From positions 29,517-93,516 of the forward strand of contig DFRJ01000001.1 of the NCBI GenBank assembly GCA_002378195.1: DNA of 64,000 nt, given 5' to 3'. Position 1 is the stretch's first letter. Each line of letters starts with the position of its first letter. A model generated the notes under the pieces. It worked only from the letters and a program-made list of their open reading frames with translations, was not told the origin of the DNA and did not search any database. This document shows, piece by piece, positions 50,991 through 59,454 of this stretch. Made by a program: the position numbers and the translations under genes. The DNA comes from Patescibacteria group bacterium UBA3466. Its GTDB lineage: Bacteria; Patescibacteriota; Minisyncoccia; Phycocordibacterales; UBA918.

Positions 50991-51245
50991 AAAGTGTAAA
51001 GAAAAGACCGTTTTTTAAGAAACGGTCTTTTCTTTAGTAAGCAAACTGCTTTGCTTGCGTGCGCTTTTGTGAAGCGGAGCCATAATTTTCTCCCCTCCCT
51101 AGGGAGAAAATGGGCGAGCTGGGGCAGCAGGTACTTAGTGCTCGCAGCTAGCATAGCTTGCGAGAATACTTAGTAACCTGCGCCAGACAATAGTTAGATA
51201 AATTGCAAATATTTATGTGAAGGTGACCGATTCTTCTCACTCGCA
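50991..51245 (+). mobile_element. Structured gene-end element ending in an 18-bp copy of the tRNA-Gly(TCC) 3' end
   Basis: 51066-51095 identical to the reverse complement of 63578-63607; 51228-51245 matches 48548-48565 at 17/18. Confidence 0.7.
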
Positions 51246-51291
51246 TTTAAAAAAGTGAAAGCCACTGAAGAAGTGACTTTGCTCCAGTGGC

Positions 51292-51588
51292 TTAATTGTC
51301 TGGCATGACGTCATGCAAATCAGGGTACTTTGGGTCCATAGGATCAATACCGTTCGCAATCGCTTCCTTGCGACGACGAACCAGTTCATTACCAGCTTCA
51401 CTCATTCGAAAACCTACGTCGAGATTACAGAGTTCTGCTTTGTAGTGCTTGATTACGGCTTTTTTGTATTCTTCATAGTACGCACCGTACCAAAACACGA
51501 ATCTGAGCCCCAAAAGAGCAAAGCGTTTAGGGTACGGCATCCAGTTGAAGAAAAAAGCCCAAGGAAATATTTTTGAGAACATTGTCAC
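51292..51588 (-). CDS. Hypothetical protein; unit 5
   Basis: AAGGAG RBS with GTG start, 98 aa. Confidence 0.6.
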   Translation of the reverse strand: MTMFSKIFPWAFFFNWMPYPKRFALLGLRFVFWYGAYYEEYKKAVIKHYKAELCNLDVGFRMSEAGNELVRRRKEAIANGIDPMDPKYPDLHDVMPDN

Positions 51589-51686
51589 CTCCTTAATTTG
51601 GTTGACAGTCTATTTGTATCAAAACTACGTAGATATGCAATTGTTTCCTAAAAAGTTCGAACATCGTTGAATAACCCTCCAAAAAT

Positions 51687-51726
51687 TTTGTTACGTAGCA
51701 TGTTACGTAACATGCTACGTAACAAA
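51687..51726. repeat. Perfect 40-bp palindrome
   Basis: TTTGTTACGTAGCATGTTAC|GTAACATGCTACGTAACAAA. Confidence 0.9.
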
Positions 51727-51825
51727 GCACACCTGATTTGCCTGTCTGATAGATAGCAGTATAATCAGATTATCTCTGAGTCGGCGATAACGCATCGTGG
51801 CAAAGTTACCAAATAAATATTTTTT

Positions 51826-52338
51826 ATGATTGAACTAGAACGTACTTTCTTAGCCAAATCATTACCAAGTAATCTCATGGAATGTGAGAATAAGGAAATT
51901 GAAGATCTCTATATAGAGAACGGCCATGAGCACGCTGATTTACGTTTACGCAAAAATGGTGATACGTACGAAATTACTAAGAAAAAGCCGGTCGATGACG
52001 CTGATGTATCAAAGCAAATTGAAACCACCATCCATATCAATGAAGCTGAATACAACAGCCTCGCCAAGGCTGATGGTAAGCGTGTAGCAAAAACCCGCTA
52101 CTACTTCGAACACAATGGACGCACCGCTGAGTTTGATGTCTTTTCTGGCGAACTTGAAGGTCTAGTGCTGGTCGATTTTGAATTCGACACTGAAGAAGAG
52201 CGAGATGGGTTTGAAATGCCAGATTTTTGCCTCAAAGATATCACTCAAGAAGAGTTTATTGCTGGCGGACTACTAGCTGGTAAAAGCTATGGTGATATCA
52301 AAGATGATCTTAAACGCTTTAACTACAACCGCCTCTAA
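51826..52338 (+). CDS. CYTH domain protein
   Basis: IELERTFL, LRLRK, KTRYY, EFDVF, LVDFEF. Confidence 0.85.
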   Translation: MIELERTFLAKSLPSNLMECENKEIEDLYIENGHEHADLRLRKNGDTYEITKKKPVDDADVSKQIETTIHINEAEYNSLAKADGKRVAKTRYYFEHNGRTAEFDVFSGELEGLVLVDFEFDTEEERDGFEMPDFCLKDITQEEFIAGGLLAGKSYGDIKDDLKRFNYNRL

Positions 52339-52759
52339 TAAGTGCACTACTCTATTTACAAATAATAATTTAGTAGTAGAGTAAGGATAGTAGAGCAATG
52401 ATCACAGCCAAGACGATTTGATTTTTATTGAACTGTCTTGGCTGTGATCATTTTGATTGCAGTGTAGACCAACCTTCGGGAGAAAGTACAAAATGAGTGA
52501 AGAAAAAAACGAGAAAAGCAGCAGCTTTTACCAGGATCGTTACGCTTTGCGGCAACAGCACTCGGCAAGGTCGACCACGGAAGCGGACCGACGAAGAGAT
52601 TCTCATATCACACCTGCGCGAGGTCATGCTCACGGAGGAGGATTGCTCGGCGATTCGAGTCCGGTCTAACAATCGGCAAGCAGTAATTACCGCGGTGAGC
52701 ACTTATGCTCACCGCTCTTTTTATTTATATAGTTTGGTCGGTGCTATACTTAAACCACT

Positions 52760-53842
52760 ATGCAATTTCTTACCGATATTTTAGTTGTTGTGCTATCTAG
52801 CTACTTGGCCTTTACCAATTCGCTAGCCCACAACATAGAAAGTCTTTTTATTGAACCTGAAACAGAGATCGTCACTGCAGTAGAGCCTCAGACAGAAAAC
52901 ATTTCTACCCTACCCAGTCAGATCACCTCAGCCATACCAGACGTTCTATTAACTAGTGTTGAATACCAATCAGCCGCACTCGCTAGTTCGCAAAATTTGA
53001 CGGGCGCTAACACCCTTGAGCCTTTGGATGCAATTGTGAACATCTTTTGTACCATGACTACCGATGACTACATTCGCACCACTACTGGTACTGGCTTTTT
53101 TATTGATCGCGATGGAGTAGTAATGACTAATGCTCATGTCGCGCAATTCCTACTCCTTGAAGAAGCTAATCAAATCGGCGATGTGGAGTGTATACTTCGC
53201 AACGGCAACCCAGCGGCGCCCCGCTACCAAGCCGAGCTACTATACATTTCACCAGCATGGATCCAAGAAAATTCTGGGGTAATTTCTGAAGACACTCCAA
53301 TGGGTACTGGTGAGCGCGACTATGCGCTTTTGTACGTTAGCGGCAGTGTTGATGGATCTCCACTGCCAGCGGAATTTCCCGCTCTGGGTTTTAGAACAGC
53401 GGACTTACCGACGTCGATCAAAAATGACGCCGTCGTGGCAGCCGGCTACCCAGCTACCCCACTTTTTGAAGACGGCCCTAGCGCAGATCTGATACCAAAA
53501 AAGGCTGACACCTCTGTATCTGAACTATATACCTTTGGATCTAACCTGGCTGACGTATTTTCCATTCGTGGCAGCGAAGTAGGTGAACAAGGATCGTCTG
53601 GCGGCCCAGTCTTAAATGAAGACGGCGAAGTAATTGGTATTATTGTCACTCGCGGTGACGATGAAGCCGACGGCGAAGGTAGTTTGAGAGCTATAACAAT
53701 ATCGCACGTAGAAAGAACCATCAAAGAAGAGACTAATTTCTCACTAGAAGAAAATCTCAATGGCAATCTTCCATTCAGAGCCGAGGTGTTCGCCGACACC
53801 ATGACTCCATTTTTGTTGACGATTTTGCAGCAGGCAAACTAG
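52760..53842 (+). CDS. Trypsin-like (S1C) serine protease
   Basis: GTGFFI, TNAHV, DYALL, GSSGGPV. Confidence 0.9.
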   Translation: MQFLTDILVVVLSSYLAFTNSLAHNIESLFIEPETEIVTAVEPQTENISTLPSQITSAIPDVLLTSVEYQSAALASSQNLTGANTLEPLDAIVNIFCTMTTDDYIRTTTGTGFFIDRDGVVMTNAHVAQFLLLEEANQIGDVECILRNGNPAAPRYQAELLYISPAWIQENSGVISEDTPMGTGERDYALLYVSGSVDGSPLPAEFPALGFRTADLPTSIKNDAVVAAGYPATPLFEDGPSADLIPKKADTSVSELYTFGSNLADVFSIRGSEVGEQGSSGGPVLNEDGEVIGIIVTRGDDEADGEGSLRAITISHVERTIKEETNFSLEENLNGNLPFRAEVFADTMTPFLLTILQQAN

Positions 53843-53846
53843 AAGT

Positions 53847-53885
53847 AAAAAGGCCGGCGGGAGCTTCGCTCCCGCCGGCCTTTTT
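53847..53885. terminator. Bidirectional GGCCGG hairpin terminator
   Basis: AAAAAGGCCGGCGGGAGC-TTC-GCTCCCGCCGGCCTTTTT between convergent genes. Confidence 0.85.
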
Positions 53886-53894
53886 GTTACCCTC

Positions 53895-55007
53895 CTAAGT
53901 AACCGACTTGGTGTAGATAGTCTGAGTTGGATAAGCAAACTCTATCCCCTCTTCAGCAAAGCGTTTCATTAGATCAAAGTTGAAGGCCTGTTGGATATTT
54001 AGATACTCAGTGTAATCTGACGATTCAACATGATACACCACCTCAAAGATCAGGGCTGAATCACCAAACGAAGTGAAATGAGCGCGATCAAAACGCCCTC
54101 CATCAAGGTCAGCAAAGATGTTTTCCACCATTTTAGGGATTACATGCACTTTTTCTTGCGCCGTTTCATAGGTGATACCAAACTGAGTGACAATTCTCCG
54201 TTCATCCATTTTCTTAAAATTCTGTACCCGGGCAGTTGTCAGCTCGTTGTTTGAAACAACCAATTCTTCCCCTTGCAGAGTTCTAATTCTGGTAGTTTTA
54301 ATGCCGATCCTCTCGACTGTACCTGAGTCACTACCGATAACAATAAAATCACCGATCCGAAATGGCTTGTCAAAATATAGTGAGAACGAGGCAAACAAAT
54401 CACTCAAAACGCCCTGTAAGGCAAAGGCAATCGCGACTCCCCCGATTCCCAAACCAGCGATCAGTGATGTAACCTCAATCCCTAAATTTGATAATACAAA
54501 TAGTGAACCGAGTGCCCATAAAACTATTTTGGACATTAGAGTTACCAAATGCGAGGCAGTGGCCGAATTTGGATCGATTTGTCCATCACCATCTTCATCT
54601 TTTTCTAGGAAATTTCTTGCTAAAAACCTAATGAGCGATGAAGCCATTTCAATCAATTGCCACACTACCGCAAACAAAAAGATGCCGGTAATGATCTTGG
54701 TGGTAAGTTCACCAAACTCAAACACTTGCAATGCGGCATAAAGCGAAACTAACGTATACACCCAGGCTCGCACTGAACTGACAATGCCAATCACGGCATC
54801 ATCCAGGTTGGTCTTGGTCTTGGCAGCCAACGCTTTTACCCGCAATAACACCACCATTCGAACAAACCAAAAGATGAGAGTGAGGGCAACAAAAATAATG
54901 CCCCCCGCGACCAGTTTGGTCACATCAACTTCACCCAACAAAGGCAAAGTCGCGCTTAGGGTAGGCATATGGGCAGTAATAAGATTCGCTGATAGGTTTT
55001 CGAACAT
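53895..55007 (-). CDS. mscS: Small-conductance mechanosensitive channel
   Basis: AGLGIGGVAIAFALQ, DKPFRIGDFI, GIEFAYPT. Confidence 0.92.
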   Translation of the reverse strand: MFENLSANLITAHMPTLSATLPLLGEVDVTKLVAGGIIFVALTLIFWFVRMVVLLRVKALAAKTKTNLDDAVIGIVSSVRAWVYTLVSLYAALQVFEFGELTTKIITGIFLFAVVWQLIEMASSLIRFLARNFLEKDEDGDGQIDPNSATASHLVTLMSKIVLWALGSLFVLSNLGIEVTSLIAGLGIGGVAIAFALQGVLSDLFASFSLYFDKPFRIGDFIVIGSDSGTVERIGIKTTRIRTLQGEELVVSNNELTTARVQNFKKMDERRIVTQFGITYETAQEKVHVIPKMVENIFADLDGGRFDRAHFTSFGDSALIFEVVYHVESSDYTEYLNIQQAFNFDLMKRFAEEGIEFAYPTQTIYTKSVT

Positions 55008-55142
55008 GTAAATTGCTTAGGACTATAATGTCTCTACCCTACCAAATTAGCCACCATCACTCAAACGTTCCACTTCTTAGCCAAGGAGACAACTCCCACC
55101 CTAAGAAGCGAAGGGCAACTAAAGTTGCCCAGACATCAATGA

Positions 55143-55739
55143 TTATGCAACCTGTGATACAGAATGCAGACTGTCTTGATGACCAAATTCAAAGCCCACG
55201 AGCCAGCTCTGACCACTATCTTCGTCAACCCGCAGCGTGATGGTTGAAAATCCAACCATCCCCAAATCGAGCAACCGATTAATCAGCGGCCTGGCTTTCA
55301 ATTCAAGCTCAGATGACTTGTCCGTGCATGACAACGAACAATTCATTGTCATCAAGGCAGACTGCTGATCAAACAGATAGTAGACAAACGCTACATCATG
55401 GGTCCCAGCCGACTCTTGCACCAAGCAATCGTAGAAACCATTACTGGCTTCTTGGGCAACCCAATCAACTAAAGTTGCTTTATCGGTCATCCACACAGAC
55501 CGATATTCCCCAGGCTGGTTGCAGTAGCGCACCACAAACTGTCCTTCCTTCAGAAACTGTACAGCTTCCTCGACCTGCAAGTTACAGCAACCCCGGTAAT
55601 ACAGTAGTCGAGTGGCAGGTAGATACCTCTCCCAATCCAGATAAAAACTCACCGGATCCACCAGTCTCTGGTACTGATAGTGGCCGAGTAACAGCCGTGG
55701 ATCTGGTGGCTCTACTTCGGATTTATTTGATTGTTTCAT
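55143..55739 (-). CDS. Hypothetical protein
   Basis: AAGGAG RBS, about 198 aa. Confidence 0.55.
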   Translation of the reverse strand: MKQSNKSEVEPPDPRLLLGHYQYQRLVDPVSFYLDWERYLPATRLLYYRGCCNLQVEEAVQFLKEGQFVVRYCNQPGEYRSVWMTDKATLVDWVAQEASNGFYDCLVQESAGTHDVAFVYYLFDQQSALMTMNCSLSCTDKSSELELKARPLINRLLDLGMVGFSTITLRVDEDSGQSWLVGFEFGHQDSLHSVSQVA

Positions 55740-56015
55740 AATCACTCCTTTTAACAGAACATTTGACCATCCTAACTAGGCGTCAATTTTGGAAACTTTA
55801 TTGCTCCCAGAACGTAAAACAATCAATGTTCTTTTACGTCCTGGGAACTATAAAATAAGACCGGCTCGCCTGTGGCGAGCCGGTCTTTGGGGTATCTAGT
55901 TTTAGCACTCCAACTACCACTCGCCTAGAGCGAAAAACCAAAGAAGCTAAACCAGTAACGGTTTAACTGATTGGTAATTGTAGTGGGCAGACTGCTCATA
56001 AAACTAATATACTCC

Positions 56016-57455
56016 CTATTCGATCTCTGTGTCAACGGCCGCTTCTAGTTCTGCCTCTGACTCGAGCGGCACCTCCTCTACCAACTCTTCTACTTCAACT
56101 CCCTCTACCGCTTCTTCCTCATCGATCACAATTTCTTCAGTAGTGGTCGCAGTTGTACTGGCCACTTCTTCGATTAATTCTTCTGGTGGTAATGGGTCAC
56201 GCACGCGGTTGATCTCCAGCACCTTAATTGCGTTGTCAGCAATAGCAATAGTTTCTTCGGCTAAATCTACGTAGGCCACAAAGTCAGTAGTTGAAGCCAA
56301 ATTTTCTAGACGCTCCGCAATATCAGCCTGAAGTGCATTGGTCTTTTCAATAATTCCTTCGTCTTCCACCAACTCTAATCGTGTTTGCATCTCGGCAGAC
56401 TTATCTTCAATAGTAGTTTTAAGCTCCAACCTTGCCTCCTCCTTCTCTTCTTCAGTCAACACTACCGGGATCACGGTTTCGATATCGACAGTATTCACTA
56501 CTTGTAAATCTGTAATAAACACTACCAGCCGCTGGGTGCGCTGTAGTACTGCTACTAACTGTTCGCGAGCGGTCAGTTGATCATTGGCAGCGGTTTCTAC
56601 CGCCTCCACAATAGCTCGGTCGAGGTCTTGTGCGCGTCTAGTTACTTCTAGATGACTATCTTCTTCAATCACACCTTCGAGGCTCGCGATTAATTCATAG
56701 ATACGAGTGGTGTTTTGCTCTACTCGAGCCATTAGCTTGTCATAAGCAGGCAAGGTGGTAGAAGCATTTTCAGGACTTGCTTCAACTCGAGATTTATCTA
56801 TGGCATCTGCAATCAAATTAACTGAACCAGTCGTCACCTCCCCTTCCTCGACGGTTTCTTCATTTTTTAGTGAAGTAGATTGAACTTCCAAAGTAGAATC
56901 TAGTGCAATAGAAGCAATCGCGGCAGCGTCAGCATCTTCGGTGCGCAATTCTTCAATTTCTCGCTTGGCGTTTTCGGAGTGAGTGCGTACAGCTTCAGCC
57001 ACCTCGGCCTCCGCTTCTTCAGTCAGACGACCTTCACTAGCCAGTAGTCGCGCTTCTGCGATACGTCGATTGAGACGCTCGGTCTCCCATTCAACTTTTT
57101 GCACACTATCAAAGGTGAGTGAACCACGCAGCTCTTCATTAAATTGTACTTTTACCGCATACAGTACGTCTCCTGGCACCGCCCGCTCGGCTACAAATGG
57201 CACCACCACCATGATAAGTACGGCCAGTGAAGCTGTGACTTTAAATATATTATGGAAAGGAATTTTTACAGTCGCAAATGGTTCAGTCAAAACTGGTGCT
57301 GCGGACACCTTCTTGGCCTTCTTCACTTTCATTTCGGCCGGCAGTGGATGATACTCCATATAAGCAACAACCCGCTCTCGCAGTTCATTTCTCTCAGCCG
57401 CACGCAATTTTACGCTTTTGGCTTTGGTATGCAGTTGTTCGCTAAATCTTTTCAT
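56016..57455 (-). CDS. DUF5667-like single-TM protein, putative anti-sigma factor
   Basis: AVPGDVLYAVK...E motif after a TM; directly downstream of the ECF sigma gene. Confidence 0.7.
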   Translation of the reverse strand: MKRFSEQLHTKAKSVKLRAAERNELRERVVAYMEYHPLPAEMKVKKAKKVSAAPVLTEPFATVKIPFHNIFKVTASLAVLIMVVVPFVAERAVPGDVLYAVKVQFNEELRGSLTFDSVQKVEWETERLNRRIAEARLLASEGRLTEEAEAEVAEAVRTHSENAKREIEELRTEDADAAAIASIALDSTLEVQSTSLKNEETVEEGEVTTGSVNLIADAIDKSRVEASPENASTTLPAYDKLMARVEQNTTRIYELIASLEGVIEEDSHLEVTRRAQDLDRAIVEAVETAANDQLTAREQLVAVLQRTQRLVVFITDLQVVNTVDIETVIPVVLTEEEKEEARLELKTTIEDKSAEMQTRLELVEDEGIIEKTNALQADIAERLENLASTTDFVAYVDLAEETIAIADNAIKVLEINRVRDPLPPEELIEEVASTTATTTEEIVIDEEEAVEGVEVEELVEEVPLESEAELEAAVDTEIE

Positions 57456-57458
57456 TGG

Positions 57459-58049
57459 TTATTTGGTTTTCTTGTTGGCGGTGCGTTTTTCTTCGGCGAA
57501 TTTGTCCCGAGCTTCTATTCGCTGCCGCAGAATCTTCAGTCCTCGGTGCAATCGTACTGACACCACGTTTTCGCTTTCTTCGATAAGTTCACTGATTTCT
57601 TTGGGGCCGAGCTGATCGACAAACCGATAGATAATCACCTCACGGTACTGATCGGGCACCTCTTCCAAAAGTTCGAAGGCTTTTCTGCCATCGATGGTGG
57701 CGGCCAAGACCTCAACTGTACTTTCGGTCAGCTCATCGAAGGACCCTTCGTCTACTCCGTCATACTCCATGAGAGCATCTAGCGAGGCTTCTTTCTTCTT
57801 TCGGTATTCGTCAATAATTAGATTATTGAGAACTTTGTATAAAAACGGCCGAAAGGAATCGATCTCGTAGCCTTCCCTGGTATATGACCAGACTTTAGTA
57901 AACGCATCGTGCACCAAATCAATGGCTTTCTCACGGTTGCTAATACGAAGCATAGCGTGCCGAAATAAAGCATCGTTGTATTCCTCGAAAGCTTTCAAAA
58001 AACGCTCTTCGTGGTCACTTACGTTGTCAGTCGATTTCTTTCCCGCCAT
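57459..58049 (-). CDS. ECF RNA polymerase sigma factor
   Basis: AIDLVHDAFTKVW, FLYKVLNNLIIDEYRK, KEISELI...VSVRLHRG. Confidence 0.92.
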   Translation of the reverse strand: MAGKKSTDNVSDHEERFLKAFEEYNDALFRHAMLRISNREKAIDLVHDAFTKVWSYTREGYEIDSFRPFLYKVLNNLIIDEYRKKKEASLDALMEYDGVDEGSFDELTESTVEVLAATIDGRKAFELLEEVPDQYREVIIYRFVDQLGPKEISELIEESENVVSVRLHRGLKILRQRIEARDKFAEEKRTANKKTK

Positions 58050-58316
58050 GTAAGAACCATTATATACGTAGACGGCCGAAAAGCCGATATCTTACCGTCA
58101 AACGAGCGAGCAAAACAAATAGTGTCAACTTTTATTTTCGAGCGAGTGAAGACGGCAAGCTTGCTTACCGAATTAAGCGGCAAATTTTGCTAAACGCAAA
58201 ATTTGCCGCTTAATACTCACTAAATTGACAAGACGCTATTTTTATGATATTTTATGGGCTGAGATAAGTTTTTTTACTTCAACTGTTGCGCTTCAAACGA
58301 GGCAAGGAGAGAACTA

Positions 58317-58775
58317 ATGTCGAGGACTTTCAACTTAGAAATCGGTACGATTTCAATCCCCAAGCGTCCAGTCTGGTCGCTGATGAGCCTGGTAGTTTGG
58401 ATTTTCTTCAGTTTCGACCTTTTTTCCAGCTACATTTTGCCGGGGATGAGAGAAATTATAGACTTAGGGCTTGAGACTGTTAGTTGGTCTGATCTCCTCT
58501 TGGTCTGGCGTCCCATCATGGCTTACATCGTGGTTAGTGTTGGAATTTGTTTGCTAGTGAACAGCTTCAAACCACTAAAAAGCTGGGGTGAAGAGGGTCT
58601 CATGAGGGGTCTTATGAGTGGTCTCATTGTGGGTGTCATTTGGGGTGTCATTTGGGGTGTCATAGGGGGTGTCATTTGGGGTCACATGGGGGGTCTCTCT
58701 GGAGGTTTCATGGGGGGTCTCTTTGGAGGTCTCATGTGGAGTCTCTCTGGAGGTCTCAACACTGAGCTCAAATAG
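58317..58775 (+). CDS. Membrane protein with Gly-rich tandem repeats
   Basis: TTGACA promoter-like site, AAGGAG RBS, 12-bp repeats encoding GVIW/GGL. Confidence 0.65.
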   Translation: MSRTFNLEIGTISIPKRPVWSLMSLVVWIFFSFDLFSSYILPGMREIIDLGLETVSWSDLLLVWRPIMAYIVVSVGICLLVNSFKPLKSWGEEGLMRGLMSGLIVGVIWGVIWGVIGGVIWGHMGGLSGGFMGGLFGGLMWSLSGGLNTELK

Positions 58776-58820
58776 ACCGCGAGGTTAGGGGCGGGTTGCG
58801 ATAGCAACCCGCTTTTTTGT

Positions 58821-59453
58821 CTATTTTTCAGCAATCTCCCTAATTTTCTCAATCAGCTCTGGAAACTCCTCGATCAAGAAGTGGTTTTTGTCTGCGAAAG
58901 TAATGAATTCTGCTTCGGGCAATGCGTCCGCTAGAGCGACACCGTGCTCAAACGGCACCACAAAGTCATCCTTAGAATGCAAAACAAATAAATTATCTGT
59001 TTTCCCCAACAAAGGCCGAACCTCTGCAGGTTTAACCATAAAATCGTAACAATCGGAATCATCAAAGTCAGGCACTGCGTAAGCGCCTGAGAGCAAGAAA
59101 ATGGCTCCGGGACGAAACGGTAGGTCATTTTGACTAAGATACTTCGCCAAAAACATCGCACCAAGCGAAAAACCAATTACAACAGCCCCGTCCTCTAAGT
59201 ACCCAAAGTGCCGCTCGAACCAAATACTCCACTCCGAGAAAACCGCATTCTGACGATTGGGCATCGGTGGCATTATCACCTCATACTCATCTCCCATAAC
59301 CTCAGGTAATGTACTGGTCCATTTCTTTTGTGGCACCACACCATCATCTTTAGGAAGATGCCACAAGTCCGCTGTCTTTAGGCGCTCCAGAAAATCACCA
59401 TGATTTTTAAATGACTCCCCGCCGTGAATATAAAATACTTGTTGTTTATTCAT
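58821..59453 (-). CDS. Alpha/beta hydrolase (YdeN/RBBP9-like)
   Basis: IHGG, GFSLGA, HSKDDFVVP, NHF. Confidence 0.88.
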   Translation of the reverse strand: MNKQQVFYIHGGESFKNHGDFLERLKTADLWHLPKDDGVVPQKKWTSTLPEVMGDEYEVIMPPMPNRQNAVFSEWSIWFERHFGYLEDGAVVIGFSLGAMFLAKYLSQNDLPFRPGAIFLLSGAYAVPDFDDSDCYDFMVKPAEVRPLLGKTDNLFVLHSKDDFVVPFEHGVALADALPEAEFITFADKNHFLIEEFPELIEKIREIAEK

Positions 59454-59454
59454 A

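Larger units (their letters stand above)
49340..51677 (+). repeat. Five copies of a ~31-bp repeat AAAGTTCGAACATCGTTGAATAACCCGCACA
   Basis: Copies at 49340-49370, 49901-49931, 50498-50528, 50963-50990 and 51652-51677; core GTTCGAACATCGTTGAATAACC is invariant. Confidence 0.95.

Noticed and set aside
49340..51677. CRISPR array interpretation of the 31-bp repeats
   Set aside because: Intervals are 430-770 bp and contain whole genes; no cas genes are in the window.
49340..51677. Classical integron attC sites or Xer dif/pdif sites
   Set aside because: No RYYYAAC...GTTRRRY long imperfect palindrome, no intI, and no XerD arm TTATGTTAAAT.
52448..52784. Short ORFs between the CYTH and protease genes
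   Set aside because: Three competing frames with no recognisable motif; no call can be supported.
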